Shown piece after piece: positions 17,807 to 27,370 of a stretch of DNA of 64,000 bases. Position numbers and translations under genes: made by a program. The DNA comes from Vicinamibacteria bacterium (GTDB lineage Bacteria; Acidobacteriota; Vicinamibacteria; Marinacidobacterales; Marinacidobacteraceae). The notes below the pieces were generated by a model. The model did no database searches. It worked only from the letters and a program-made list of their open reading frames with translations, and had not been told where the DNA came from. Position 1 is the stretch's first letter. Every line of letters begins with the position of its first letter. The stretch is taken from positions 2,704,594 to 2,768,593 of the forward strand of contig OZ220713.1 of NCBI GenBank assembly GCA_965116805.1. Direction: 5' to 3'.

Positions 17807-19291
17807 TCAGCCCGTCGCGCGCCCCGACCGAAGGCGGCTCCGAAGCGCCGGCGCCGCGAAGCTCGCGACCGCGACCAGCAGCAGCACCAGCGCGATGGGA
17901 CTCTCGAGAAAGACCGTGTGCGAACCGGACGACAGCGCGAGCGCGCGCCGGTAGTTCGTCTCTACCATCGGCCCGAGGATCAGACCGAGCACGGCGGGGG
18001 CGAGCGGATACCCACGGCGCAGCATGAGGAAGCCCGCCAGGCCGAAGAGGAGCGCGAACCAGGCGTCGGCCAGGTTGCCCCGGAGCACGAAGGCGCCGAT
18101 GAGGGAAATCCCGACCACGAGGGGCATCAGGATCCGGGGAGGGAGGCTCACCACCCGCACCCAGAGCGGGATGCCGAGCCTCCCGACCCCCAGCATGAGC
18201 ACGACCGCCACGATGAATCCGGCGTAGAGGGCGTAGACCAGGGAGGCCTGCTCGGTCATCAGCAGGGGTCCGGGCGCGACGCCCTGCACCGTGAGGCCCC
18301 CAAGCAGGACCGCCGCGCTCGCCGAGCCGGGAACCCCGAGGGCCAGCAGCGGGATCATGGCCGCGCCCACGCAGGCGTTGTTGGCGGCCTCGGGCGCCGC
18401 GATTCCCGCCGGCTCTCCGCTGCCGAAGCGTTCCGGAGTGCGGGACACCCGCCGTTCCTCGTTCCAGGCGACGATGGAGGCGATGGTCGCGCCGGCCCCC
18501 GGAATCGCGCCGATGACCCCACCGATCGCGGAGCCGCGCAGGATGGGGCGCCAGAGACGGAAGAGGTCCCGGAAAGCCGGGAGCGCCCCCCGAATGCCTG
18601 CCGCTCCCGCCACCTTCTCCCGGCGGCCGGCCACGCCGTTCAGGGCTTCGGCGATCGCGAAGAAACCGATCAGCATGGGCACGAGGCCGAGTCCGTCCAT
18701 CAGGACCGTGGTTCCCAGCGTCAGCCGGGGGGCCCCGGTGAGGACGTCGAGACCCACGATGAAGGCGAGCAGGCCCAGCAGCGCGCTGATGATGCCCTTG
18801 AGAGGATCGCTGCCGACCAGGTTGGCCACGATGGCCAGCCCGAACACCCCGAGGCCGAAGTACTCGGGCGGCCCGAACGCGATGGCCGCCCGCGACAGGG
18901 GCCCGAGCGCGGCCACGAGCAGCAGCGTGCCCAGGACCCCGCCGCTCATGGAGGCGAAGAGGGAAATCCCGAACGCCCTGCCCGCCTCCCCCCGGCGGGT
19001 CATGGCGTAGCCGTCGAAGGTCGTCGCGAGCGCGGGAGAGCTCCCGGGGACGCCGATCGCGATCGCGGTGATGGAACCGCCGTACTCCGCCGCCATGTAG
19101 ATGGAGATCATCATCAGGAGCGCCGGGGTGGGCTCGAGGGCGAAGGTGACGGGAAGCACCAGCGCGAGGCCGACCGTCGAACTGAGGCCCGGTACTGCCC
19201 CCGCAAACACGCCGAGCACGCTGCCGCCGAGCAGCGCCGCGAGGTTCGCCGGCTGCAGCGCGGCCGCGAGCCCCTGCCCGAATTCGGTCAC
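17807..19291 (-). CDS. tctA: Tripartite tricarboxylate transporter permease TctA
   Basis: Full-length match to the TctA polytopic family. GTG start overlapping the tctB stop (GTGA). Confidence 0.85.
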   Translation of the reverse strand: MTEFGQGLAAALQPANLAALLGGSVLGVFAGAVPGLSSTVGLALVLPVTFALEPTPALLMMISIYMAAEYGGSITAIAIGVPGSSPALATTFDGYAMTRRGEAGRAFGISLFASMSGGVLGTLLLVAALGPLSRAAIAFGPPEYFGLGVFGLAIVANLVGSDPLKGIISALLGLLAFIVGLDVLTGAPRLTLGTTVLMDGLGLVPMLIGFFAIAEALNGVAGRREKVAGAAGIRGALPAFRDLFRLWRPILRGSAIGGVIGAIPGAGATIASIVAWNEERRVSRTPERFGSGEPAGIAAPEAANNACVGAAMIPLLALGVPGSASAAVLLGGLTVQGVAPGPLLMTEQASLVYALYAGFIVAVVLMLGVGRLGIPLWVRVVSLPPRILMPLVVGISLIGAFVLRGNLADAWFALLFGLAGFLMLRRGYPLAPAVLGLILGPMVETNYRRALALSSGSHTVFLESPIALVLLLVAVASFAAPALRSRLRSGRATG

Positions 19292-19731
19292 GGCAGGGGC
19301 ACTCCGAGCGTGACCACGAACAGCAGGTGGACGAAACCGCCGAACGCGAGCGGGACCGCGGCCAGGATCCACGGGGAACGTTCCCCGGAGAGCCACATGA
19401 GGCCCAGGACCAGCGGCGGAAGCGCGGCCAGGTGGCCGATCCGCGGCAGCACGACGAGGAAAACCGCGATCCAGAGCACCGCTCCGACAAGCCGGAGCAC
19501 TCCATCGCCCGCCCCGGACGCGGCCGGTGCGCCGGGCGCGGTCCGCAGCGCGAGGACGGCGGCGCAGACGATCAGGAAAATCGCCACGAGCACGGGGAAG
19601 AAGGCCGGTCCCGGCACCCCCCCGATGAGCGGCGCCGGATAGCCGCGGGCATCGAGCAGCATCCCCGCCCCCAGGAGGGCGACCAGCCCGGCCTCCAGGA
19701 GCGCAGCCGGCCGGCGGCGGTGGTCACTCAT
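19288..19731 (-). CDS. tctB: Tripartite tricarboxylate transporter small subunit TctB
   Basis: 147-aa four-TM protein between tctC and tctA, with overlapping stops and starts. Confidence 0.7.
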   Translation of the reverse strand: MSDHRRRPAALLEAGLVALLGAGMLLDARGYPAPLIGGVPGPAFFPVLVAIFLIVCAAVLALRTAPGAPAASGAGDGVLRLVGAVLWIAVFLVVLPRIGHLAALPPLVLGLMWLSGERSPWILAAVPLAFGGFVHLLFVVTLGVPLP

Positions 19732-20734
19732 TCATGAGAAGGCCCAGCCGGCCCAGCAGCACGCGGCTGGTTTCGACTTCCTCGGCGATCCAGGCCCCGA
19801 AGGCGTCCGAGTCGTCCATGACCGCGTATTCCATCGCCGCCCGGGCCATGTATTCCTGAAAACCCGCCGTCCGGATGGTCGCGAGCAGCCGCTCCCGAAG
19901 ATCGGCGCGGACCTCCGGGGAGAGGCCGGGAGGCCCCACCACGCCCCGCCAGTGGACCGGCGTCAGGTCGTAGCCCTCGTCGAGGTAGGTGGGCGTGTCC
20001 CGGAGCGCGGTGAGCGGCAGCGCCACCGCCAGCACCCGCATCGTGCCGGCCCGCAGGTGTTCACGCACGATGTTGTAGTTGGTGTGCGCCGCGTCGGTGT
20101 GGCCGCCGAGCGCCGCGACCACCGCGTCGCCGGATCCCTCGTAGGCGATCCAACGGATGTCCGGATCCCCCGCGGCGGCCCGCAGCCGCTGGAAGCCGAG
20201 GAAATGGGCCGACGCCGCCCCGAACCCCGACATCGACACTTCGCCGGGCCGCTCCCGGGCGGCTTCGATGAGGTCCTCGAGCGTCTGGAACGGGCTCTCC
20301 TCCCGCACGGCCACGAGGAAGGGATCGACCTGGATCCTGAGGATGGGCGTGAAGTCGCCGGGACCGAACGGAATCCGCCCGGTGGCCATGTTCACGGTGC
20401 CGCTCGCGGTGAACACTCCGAGCACGTACGGATCGCCGGCCCGGCCCTTCAGGTACTGCATCCCCGCGGCTCCCGCGCCCCCCTGCCGGGTCATGACCGT
20501 GACCCGCTGCCCCCCGAAGTGTTCCGGGGCGGCGTCGGCAAGCGCCCGCGCGAGCAGATCGCTCGGCCCTCCCGGAGTGGCCCACGAGACGATCTCGATC
20601 GGACGGCTCGGAAAAGCGGCCTCGTCAGGAGACGAGCCGCAAGCCGAGAGCAACGCCGTTGCCAGGAGTGACGCCCACGCCCGCCGGGCCGCAACCCAAT
20701 GAGAAGTCACGGGACCCTTGGGGGCAGCGGGCAT
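19724..20734 (-). CDS. tctC: Tripartite tricarboxylate transporter substrate-binding protein TctC (Bug family)
   Basis: Start placed at MPAAPKG within ORF 19724..21406(-). Lipoprotein signal 'LLSACGSS' and Bug/TctC-family body. Confidence 0.8.
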   Translation of the reverse strand: MPAAPKGPVTSHWVAARRAWASLLATALLSACGSSPDEAAFPSRPIEIVSWATPGGPSDLLARALADAAPEHFGGQRVTVMTRQGGAGAAGMQYLKGRAGDPYVLGVFTASGTVNMATGRIPFGPGDFTPILRIQVDPFLVAVREESPFQTLEDLIEAARERPGEVSMSGFGAASAHFLGFQRLRAAAGDPDIRWIAYEGSGDAVVAALGGHTDAAHTNYNIVREHLRAGTMRVLAVALPLTALRDTPTYLDEGYDLTPVHWRGVVGPPGLSPEVRADLRERLLATIRTAGFQEYMARAAMEYAVMDDSDAFGAWIAEEVETSRVLLGRLGLLMNE

Positions 20735-20799
20735 CAGCCTGAACGGTCCCCTACCGCAATCAGATGGTCTGGCGGCAGCCGATCCGGGCCGCTTCCCGT

Positions 20800-22842
20800 T
20801 TACATGCCCGAGACGCGGCCGGCGATCCGGTAGCACTGGAAGATGACGTGCCAGGCGATCGCCACGATCAGCAGCCAGGCCACCCAGTAGTAGTCGCCGG
20901 GGATCCCGAAGTTGCCGCCGAAGAACGGCGTGGCGTGCTCGTTCGCCATCGCCCACAGGAGCGGCAGCGACATGTAGGTGTTGTGCTTCGAGCGTAGCCC
21001 GGCGAGTGCCGGGTCGGCGGCGGCCGGGGCTTCGCCCGCCTTGACCGCCGCGATGATCCGCTGCTGCGCCGGCCAGATCCGGAACCAGACGTTGAAGGCC
21101 ATCATGGTCCCGAACATCGCGCCGGTGTGGATCAGGACCGCCCGCGGGGTGAAGGCCCCCACGTTCACGAACAGGAACACGGTGACCGCGAGCAGCAGGA
21201 AGGAGACGACGGTCGCCGCCCGGACGTTGGACTTCAGCCCGCTGTTCCAGAGCGCGTCGTAGACGAAGACCGCGACGAAGGTGATGAGCGCCATCGCGAT
21301 GGCCCCGCCGCCCCAGCCGTCGCCCGGATCGAACATCAGGCCGCCGTGCCAGAAGACGAGCAGGAGCAGCACGACGCCGGTGATCCAGGTCCAGGCGGCG
21401 CCCCACCGGAACCAGTAGAGGGCGCGCGGCATGAGTTCCGGCACCACCTTCGCCTTCGTGGCGCCGTCGAGCTTGGCGGTCATCTGGGCGTTGACGAAGT
21501 TGAAGAAGTAGAGGTGGCCGATCCAGATGATCCCCACGAAGATGTGGAGCCAGCGGAATATGAAAGTCACGCCGTCCATCAAGCCTTGCATCATGTCGCG
21601 CCTCCCTTGCCGGGCATCGGATGAGTTTTCGATTGTATCCGGGGCAAGGCCGGCCAAGGCCACGTCCGACCGGTATCCGGTGAGTTCCACGAAGCCGCGG
21701 CCCGGGGGAGTTCCGGAGGCTGCCGAACCGGCGGGTTCAACCCGGACCGCTCCCTCCCAATAGGGAATGTCGGGTCCGGCCAGGCCGGCGGGACGGCGGT
21801 TTTCCTGGTTCGGGAGGAGCGGCCGGACGATCAGGTCGAGGTCTTCCCCGGGGAGTCGAAGACGCCAACCGGCCGGATAGGGCCGGGCGTTCCCCGGGTC
21901 CGAATCGAGATCGGGCGGCATCCAGGTTTCGAGAACTTCGACCCCCGCGCCTCGAACCCTCCGGCTCGTGTCCCCGCCGGCGTCGCGCAGCGTGCCGTCG
22001 CTGTAGGACAGCGATCCGTCGCGACGCCGCAGGAGGTAGAGCATCAGGTCGCGCCCGTCCCCCAGGTTCAGGCCGAACCAGTCCCATCCGGTCTGACCGG
22101 CCGCGAGCCAGCTCGATCCGAATTCCCGGTCCAGCCACCCGCTCCCGGCGATGTCCACGTTCTCGCCGCCGAGGCCGAGCGATCCGGTCACCTCCAGACG
22201 CGGATGGCTGTAGTAGTGGCTGGCCGCCCCGCCCTCCGATTTCGGCGAGTGCCCCGCCTCCCCGTGGAACCAGGGATCGCGCGTCGGAACGGCGCTGAGT
22301 TCCATCCGGAGTCCCCGTTCGCGGTCCGCCGCCCCGAAGTGGAACGCGCCGTCGCGGTAGGCCAGGAACCACGGCTCGGACGTTCCCGGCGGGCCCTGCA
22401 TCCGGGCGATCTCCGGGTTCGGATGAGCCCCGAACCGGGCCAGGCCGGGGGCCTCCCGATGGACAGTCTGCGTGAAGACCCGCTCCCCGGTCTCCAGGTC
22501 GGCGACCGCCGCGTGCCCCATCCCCACGTGCCCCGTTCCCCAGGGGGAAGGCGCGGCCGAGGGCGCGGCAAGCGTCAACCCGGTGCGAAACAGGGTGAAC
22601 TGCCAGGCGAAGCGGCGGGAGCCGTCGGCCGCGTCGGCGAAACCGACGAAGTACCACCACTCGGTCCGGTAACCCACGTGAGCCCAGTGATCGTTCGGGA
22701 ACTCCCATGGGTAGTCCGGCGCCGCCTGCTGCCACTGCTGCGCCGCGGTGGGGGCGGGAGCCAGCAGCGACATGAAGAGCGCAGCAGCCACGAGTAGCTG
22801 GCGGAAGCGTGAAAGCCCGAGCCGAACCACCCCACGAGTCAT
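20800..22842 (-). CDS. AttH/CrtC-like lipocalin-fold protein running without a stop into a C-terminal polytopic membrane domain (possibly PuuD N-terminal-like)
   Basis: N-terminal signal peptide plus 'WEFPNDHWAHVGYRTEWWYF' AttH/hydroxyneurosporene-synthase-like motif. From MMQGLMDGVTF (about 21594) there are about 7 TM helices with a 'WLHIFVGIIWIGHLYFF' motif. A strong RBS (AGGGAGG) precedes that internal ATG, so two products are possible. Confidence 0.55.
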   Translation of the reverse strand: MTRGVVRLGLSRFRQLLVAAALFMSLLAPAPTAAQQWQQAAPDYPWEFPNDHWAHVGYRTEWWYFVGFADAADGSRRFAWQFTLFRTGLTLAAPSAAPSPWGTGHVGMGHAAVADLETGERVFTQTVHREAPGLARFGAHPNPEIARMQGPPGTSEPWFLAYRDGAFHFGAADRERGLRMELSAVPTRDPWFHGEAGHSPKSEGGAASHYYSHPRLEVTGSLGLGGENVDIAGSGWLDREFGSSWLAAGQTGWDWFGLNLGDGRDLMLYLLRRRDGSLSYSDGTLRDAGGDTSRRVRGAGVEVLETWMPPDLDSDPGNARPYPAGWRLRLPGEDLDLIVRPLLPNQENRRPAGLAGPDIPYWEGAVRVEPAGSAASGTPPGRGFVELTGYRSDVALAGLAPDTIENSSDARQGRRDMMQGLMDGVTFIFRWLHIFVGIIWIGHLYFFNFVNAQMTAKLDGATKAKVVPELMPRALYWFRWGAAWTWITGVVLLLLVFWHGGLMFDPGDGWGGGAIAMALITFVAVFVYDALWNSGLKSNVRAATVVSFLLLAVTVFLFVNVGAFTPRAVLIHTGAMFGTMMAFNVWFRIWPAQQRIIAAVKAGEAPAAADPALAGLRSKHNTYMSLPLLWAMANEHATPFFGGNFGIPGDYYWVAWLLIVAIAWHVIFQCYRIAGRVSGM

Positions 22843-23042
22843 GGAGCGCAGGCTCGCCGTCCGGTGGGCGGCGGCGGGAACGGATCGGGCTCGGAGCGCC
22901 GGCCTCCGGCCGGCATCGCGGCCACAGGCCGCGAAACGCGGACCGCCACCGTTTCCGATGGCGCGAATCAGCGCGGGTTTCGCGCTCCCGCGCGATGCCA
23001 GCCGGAGGCTGGCGCTCCGAAGCTGCCCGGCGCTCCCAGCCA

Positions 23043-25613
23043 TCAGATCTCCTGGCGGAGGGAGGTCGCATCCACGCGGGAAGCCAGCCGCGCGGGAAGG
23101 ACGGCGGCGAGGAGACCCGCCAGCACGACCGCGGCCGCCTGCGCCGCCAGGACGCCCACCGGCCAATGGAGCGTCAGGGTCCAGCCAAACCACGCCGGGT
23201 TGACGACGTGGACCAGGAGCAGGGTGAGCACGGCGCCCGCGCCGCCGCCGATCAGGAGCGCGATCCCGATGATCACCAGGGTCCGGCCGAGAAAACCGGA
23301 CGCGACCTGTCCGCGGTTCGCCCCCAGCGCCCGGTCGAGCGCCACCTCCGGGGCCCGCTCGCGCGCCAGGGTCCAGAGGAAGAGTCCGACCCCGAGCGCC
23401 GCGATCACCAGGGCGAAGACGCGCAGGAGCCCGGTCACCGCCATCGTCTGGTCGAACACCCGAAGCGCCCGCGACCGGAGGGCGGCGTTGTCCACGACAT
23501 TCGCGCCCAGCCCCAGCACCGCCTCCAGACGGGCGGCTGCCGCCGCCCGGTCGGCCCCGTCCCGGAGGTACAAGGCGGCGCCGTGAACGGGGGCCGGCGT
23601 CCCGGGCTCTGGCGGGTAGAGCGAGTTCATGAGCGTCCGGTCCAGGAACAGCGCCCCCTGTTCGTTGCCATAGTCACGGTAGACGCCGGCGACCCGCAGC
23701 GGACGGTCCGCCGTCGCGCCGGGGAGCGGCAGGGCGGCCCCCGCTTCGAGTCCCAGCCGGCGCGCCAGCGGCTCGGAGACCAGCAGCTCCTCCTCCCCGA
23801 ATCCGCGAAGCGCCGCCTCCCGATCTCCCAGGATGGAGAACCGGTCCCCGGCCTCCGGAAGGGCTGCGTCCACCCCCAGGACGGCGACCGGCCGCCCTTC
23901 GAGCCGAACTCGCAACGCCCGGAGCAGATCGCGGTCCCGAACGTCCGGATCCGCGGCGGTCGCCGCCAGCACCTCGGCGGAGAGCGTCCGGCGCTCGGAC
24001 GCGATCGAGCGCGCCCCGCCCGCTCCCCCGGCCCGCGAAACGTAAATGTCGGCAGCCAGCGTCTCGCCCAGCCACGCGTCGAGGGTTGCCCGGAAACTCC
24101 CGATCAGGGCGCTCACCCCGACGAGCATGGCGACCGCCACCACCAGCGCCGCCGCCGGCGGTCCGGTGGAGCCGGGCTCCCGGAGGGCAGCGAGAATTCC
24201 CCGGCCGACCGCCGAGCCCTGTCGGTTCCACAGCCGTCCTCCCCACCGAATGAGAGCGTCCGGGAGGAGCGCCGCCCCGACAAGCAGCGCGCCGGCCGCC
24301 CCGAATCCGCTTCCGGGAAGCGCCGGCCAGCTGCCGGGATCGAGCGCCGCCCAACCGGCAGCTCCGATCAGCGCCGTTCCGGCGAGCGGCGGCCCCAGCC
24401 GCCAGAAGCGGCGGCGGGCGGGGGACGGCGAAGCGCGTCCCGGGGCGAGCAGGGTCACCGGCGCGCGGGTCGCCTCCGCGAAGACCTGCGGCGCCGCGCC
24501 GGCGAGCGCTGCAGCCAACGCGACGAGCCCGGCCAGCACCACGACCTGCGGATCGATCGTCAGTCCCTCGATCCGCTCCAGCAGATAGAGGTTCGAGATC
24601 GTCGCGCTGACGCGGTCCAGCGAGACGCCAGCGGCCAGGGCCCCCACCGGAATGCCGAGTACGGCGCCAGCGAGCGCCATGAGCAACACCTCGCCGAGGA
24701 GCAGCGCTCCCACGCGCCGGCCCGAGGCGCCGAGCGCCCGGTAGAGGCCGATCTCCTGACGGCGCGCGGCGAGCGCGGCGCGGACGCTCGCGTACACGAG
24801 GAACGCGGCCACCAGCAGGCTGACCGCGGAGAGCGCGAGGAGATTCAGCCGGAACGCGGAGAAGAGTTCGGCCCCTTCCGCGCGCAGGGTTCCACTCTCC
24901 TCGACCCTGACGCCGGGAATCCGGCCGGACAGCGCCCTCCGGATCGCCTCTGTGTCCGATCCTCCCGCCACCGACACCTCGATCCGGTCAAGACCCGGCC
25001 GCCCGCGGAGCGCCTGCGCGTACGCGAGGTCCAGGAATGCGGAGGCGCGCCCGTCCTCACTCGGGTAGGTCCCCGCCACCAGCGTCGGGCGCCGGTTCGC
25101 GGGGCCCGCGCCATCGGGTGCGATCCACACCGGATCCAGGAGGCCGACCCCGAGCCGGTCCGCGACCCGCTCGGGAAGGACGATGCCTCCGGAGAAGAAG
25201 ACCTCGGGCGCGAGAGTTCCCTCGTCCCCCTCGGCGCCTGCGAAACCGAAGCCTCCGGAAACCAGGTCCACTCCCCACGCGGGGACCGATGCCTGCCGGT
25301 CGAGGGTTCCCACCCGGAGTCCGGCCAGGCGGAGCACCGGCGCGGCGCCGCGGACTCCCTCGGTAGCGAGGACGGCCGGCCACGCCTCGTCCGGGACGCT
25401 TCCGGCTTCCTCCACGAGACCGGTCACGACGAGGTCGGCGCCGGCGGAGATGACCTCGAGACTGGCGTCGAGGGTTTCCAGCGCCGCCCGGTTCAGGAGC
25501 TGGACCGACAGCACCGCGCCGGCGCCCAGCGCGATGGCCAGGACCGGGAGGGCGCCGAGCGCGGGCGCCGCCCGGAAGCGCGCCGGTGCGGCGCGAAGGA
25601 GCAGCCGGATCAC
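23043..25613 (-). CDS. ABC transporter permease with two FtsX-like domains (MacB/YbbP type)
   Basis: 856 aa with two sets of four C-terminal TM helices separated by large periplasmic domains. Confidence 0.8.
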   Translation of the reverse strand: MIRLLLRAAPARFRAAPALGALPVLAIALGAGAVLSVQLLNRAALETLDASLEVISAGADLVVTGLVEEAGSVPDEAWPAVLATEGVRGAAPVLRLAGLRVGTLDRQASVPAWGVDLVSGGFGFAGAEGDEGTLAPEVFFSGGIVLPERVADRLGVGLLDPVWIAPDGAGPANRRPTLVAGTYPSEDGRASAFLDLAYAQALRGRPGLDRIEVSVAGGSDTEAIRRALSGRIPGVRVEESGTLRAEGAELFSAFRLNLLALSAVSLLVAAFLVYASVRAALAARRQEIGLYRALGASGRRVGALLLGEVLLMALAGAVLGIPVGALAAGVSLDRVSATISNLYLLERIEGLTIDPQVVVLAGLVALAAALAGAAPQVFAEATRAPVTLLAPGRASPSPARRRFWRLGPPLAGTALIGAAGWAALDPGSWPALPGSGFGAAGALLVGAALLPDALIRWGGRLWNRQGSAVGRGILAALREPGSTGPPAAALVVAVAMLVGVSALIGSFRATLDAWLGETLAADIYVSRAGGAGGARSIASERRTLSAEVLAATAADPDVRDRDLLRALRVRLEGRPVAVLGVDAALPEAGDRFSILGDREAALRGFGEEELLVSEPLARRLGLEAGAALPLPGATADRPLRVAGVYRDYGNEQGALFLDRTLMNSLYPPEPGTPAPVHGAALYLRDGADRAAAAARLEAVLGLGANVVDNAALRSRALRVFDQTMAVTGLLRVFALVIAALGVGLFLWTLARERAPEVALDRALGANRGQVASGFLGRTLVIIGIALLIGGGAGAVLTLLLVHVVNPAWFGWTLTLHWPVGVLAAQAAAVVLAGLLAAVLPARLASRVDATSLRQEI

Positions 25614-26341
25614 CGTACGCCCGAGGAGGGCGGCGGCGTCTCGGCAAGGAGCCGCCCCCCGCGCAGCCGCAGCCGGGTGTCGGCCCGGGCGGCAAGCTCG
25701 AGGTCGTGGGTCGCGAGCAGCAGGCCGGCGCTCCGCTCGCGGACCAGGCGGAAGAGCAGGTCCGCCACCGCTCCGGCGCCGCGCGCATCGAGGTTGCCGG
25801 TCGGTTCGTCGGCCAGCAGCAGCGCGGGCCGGAGCAGGAGCGCCCGGGCGATCGCCGTCCGCTGCATCTCGCCCCCCGAGAGGCGCCGCGCCGGCTCGCG
25901 GGCGCGGCCTTCCAGTCCGACCGCCGCGAGGAGCCGATCGGCGGCGGCGCCCACCTTCGCCGGGCCCCCGGCTTCGTCCGGCACCTCGCCGACACGGGCG
26001 ATGCGCGCCGGCAACAGCACGTTCTCCCGAACCGTCAGGTAGGGCACGAGATGGAAGAACTGGAAGACGAGCCCCACGAATCGGCCGCGCAGCCGGCTGC
26101 GCTCCGGATCGGAGAGGCCGGCCAGCTCTTTCCCCCCGAGACGAACGGTCCCTTCGCTGGGGACTTCGATGCCCGCCGCGACGTGGAGCAGCGTGCTCTT
26201 GCCGCTACCCGAACGGCCGGCGACGGACACGGTCTCGCCGGCCTCGACCGTCAGGTTGACGGAGTCGAGAACGGTCAGTTCCGAGCCGTCCGCCTGGGGA
26301 TAGCGCCGGACGACGTCGGCCAGTTCGAGGACCGCGCTCAT
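25610..26341 (-). CDS. ABC transporter ATP-binding protein
   Basis: Walker A 'GRSGSGKST', signature 'LSGGEMQR', Walker B 'LLADEP'. Confidence 0.9.
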   Translation of the reverse strand: MSAVLELADVVRRYPQADGSELTVLDSVNLTVEAGETVSVAGRSGSGKSTLLHVAAGIEVPSEGTVRLGGKELAGLSDPERSRLRGRFVGLVFQFFHLVPYLTVRENVLLPARIARVGEVPDEAGGPAKVGAAADRLLAAVGLEGRAREPARRLSGGEMQRTAIARALLLRPALLLADEPTGNLDARGAGAVADLLFRLVRERSAGLLLATHDLELAARADTRLRLRGGRLLAETPPPSSGVR

Positions 26342-27351
26342 CCCCCGGGATTGCCGCGGACTCCGTTCCTCGCCGCCACCACCTGGGCCATGACCGCAAG
26401 CGCGATCTGGTCCGGCGTCCGCGCCCCGATCGGAAGCCCGATAGGGGCCGCGATGCGGGCGAGCGCGTCCTCGGAGACGCCGCGCTCCCGCAGCCGGTCG
26501 AGGCGCCGCGCGTGCGTCTTGCGGCTACCGAGCGCCCCCACGTAGAACGCGGGACTCCCGAGCGCCAGCGCGAGCGCCGGGTCGTCCAGCTTCGGGTCGT
26601 GCGTCAGGGTTGCCACCGCGGTGCTCGCGTCGAGCCCGATCCGCTGGAACCCCTCCGCGGGCCACTCGTTCACGATCTCCACGCCGGGAAAACGCTCGGG
26701 GGAGGCGAACACCGGGCGCGGGTCGCAGATCACCGGGCGGTAGCCGACCCGGACCGCGAGACCGCAGAGGGTCTGCGCGATGTGGACGCCGCCCACGATG
26801 ACCAGCGATTCGGACGGCAGGATGACGTCGCAGAACACGGACCCGTGTTCGGTCTCGGTCGCCTGCGGCCGGCCCGCCGCGAGGGCCGCCTCGGCGGCGC
26901 CGGCCAGCGCCGGGGAACCGATCCCCGGCGACCCGGCGACCTTGACCAGGCTCTCCCCGAGGTTCGGCCCGGAGGTCACGACCGCCAGCGCCACGGCGTC
27001 GCGGCGCCGCATCCCCTCGCGGACCGGACCCAGCAGCTCCCGGTCGGCCCGTTCGACGAACACCGTGAGCGAGCCCCCGCAGGCGAGACCCACGCCCCAG
27101 GCCAGTTCGTCGGAGACCGCGAAGCGAAGCAGCCGGGGCTCGCCGCTCTCGATGACCTCGCGCGCCGTCTCGACCACGCTCGATTCCACACAGCCCCCAC
27201 TGACCGAGCCGGCGATCCGGCCCTCGCGGTCGATCGTCATGCGGGCGCCGGGACGCCTCGGTCCCGAACCCCAGGTATGCACCACCGTGGAAAGCGCGAG
27301 GGGACCCTCGCCGGTCAGCCAGGAGTCCAGAACGGGAGCGATGTCGCGCAT
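26338..27351 (-). CDS. XdhC/CoxF-family molybdoenzyme maturation factor
   Basis: Two-domain XdhC/CoxI architecture ('HTWGSGPRRPGARM...', Rossmann-like 'VIVGGVHIAQTL'). Confidence 0.8.
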   Translation of the reverse strand: MRDIAPVLDSWLTGEGPLALSTVVHTWGSGPRRPGARMTIDREGRIAGSVSGGCVESSVVETAREVIESGEPRLLRFAVSDELAWGVGLACGGSLTVFVERADRELLGPVREGMRRRDAVALAVVTSGPNLGESLVKVAGSPGIGSPALAGAAEAALAAGRPQATETEHGSVFCDVILPSESLVIVGGVHIAQTLCGLAVRVGYRPVICDPRPVFASPERFPGVEIVNEWPAEGFQRIGLDASTAVATLTHDPKLDDPALALALGSPAFYVGALGSRKTHARRLDRLRERGVSEDALARIAAPIGLPIGARTPDQIALAVMAQVVAARNGVRGNPGG

Positions 27352-27370
27352 TGGGCTGCTCAGCCCGGGA

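Noticed and set aside
19724-21406. N-terminal 224 aa of the tctC ORF as called (560 aa)
   Set aside because: The upstream extension is Arg/Gly-rich junk. A real signal peptide and lipobox begin at MPAAPKG (20734).
22809-26042. 1077-aa plus-strand ORF, along with the similar ORFs 28849..32772(+), 41455..43680(-) and 45897..47585(+)
   Set aside because: All are antisense to strongly supported genes (ABC permease, CoxL, TonB receptor, DmpA) and are low-complexity.
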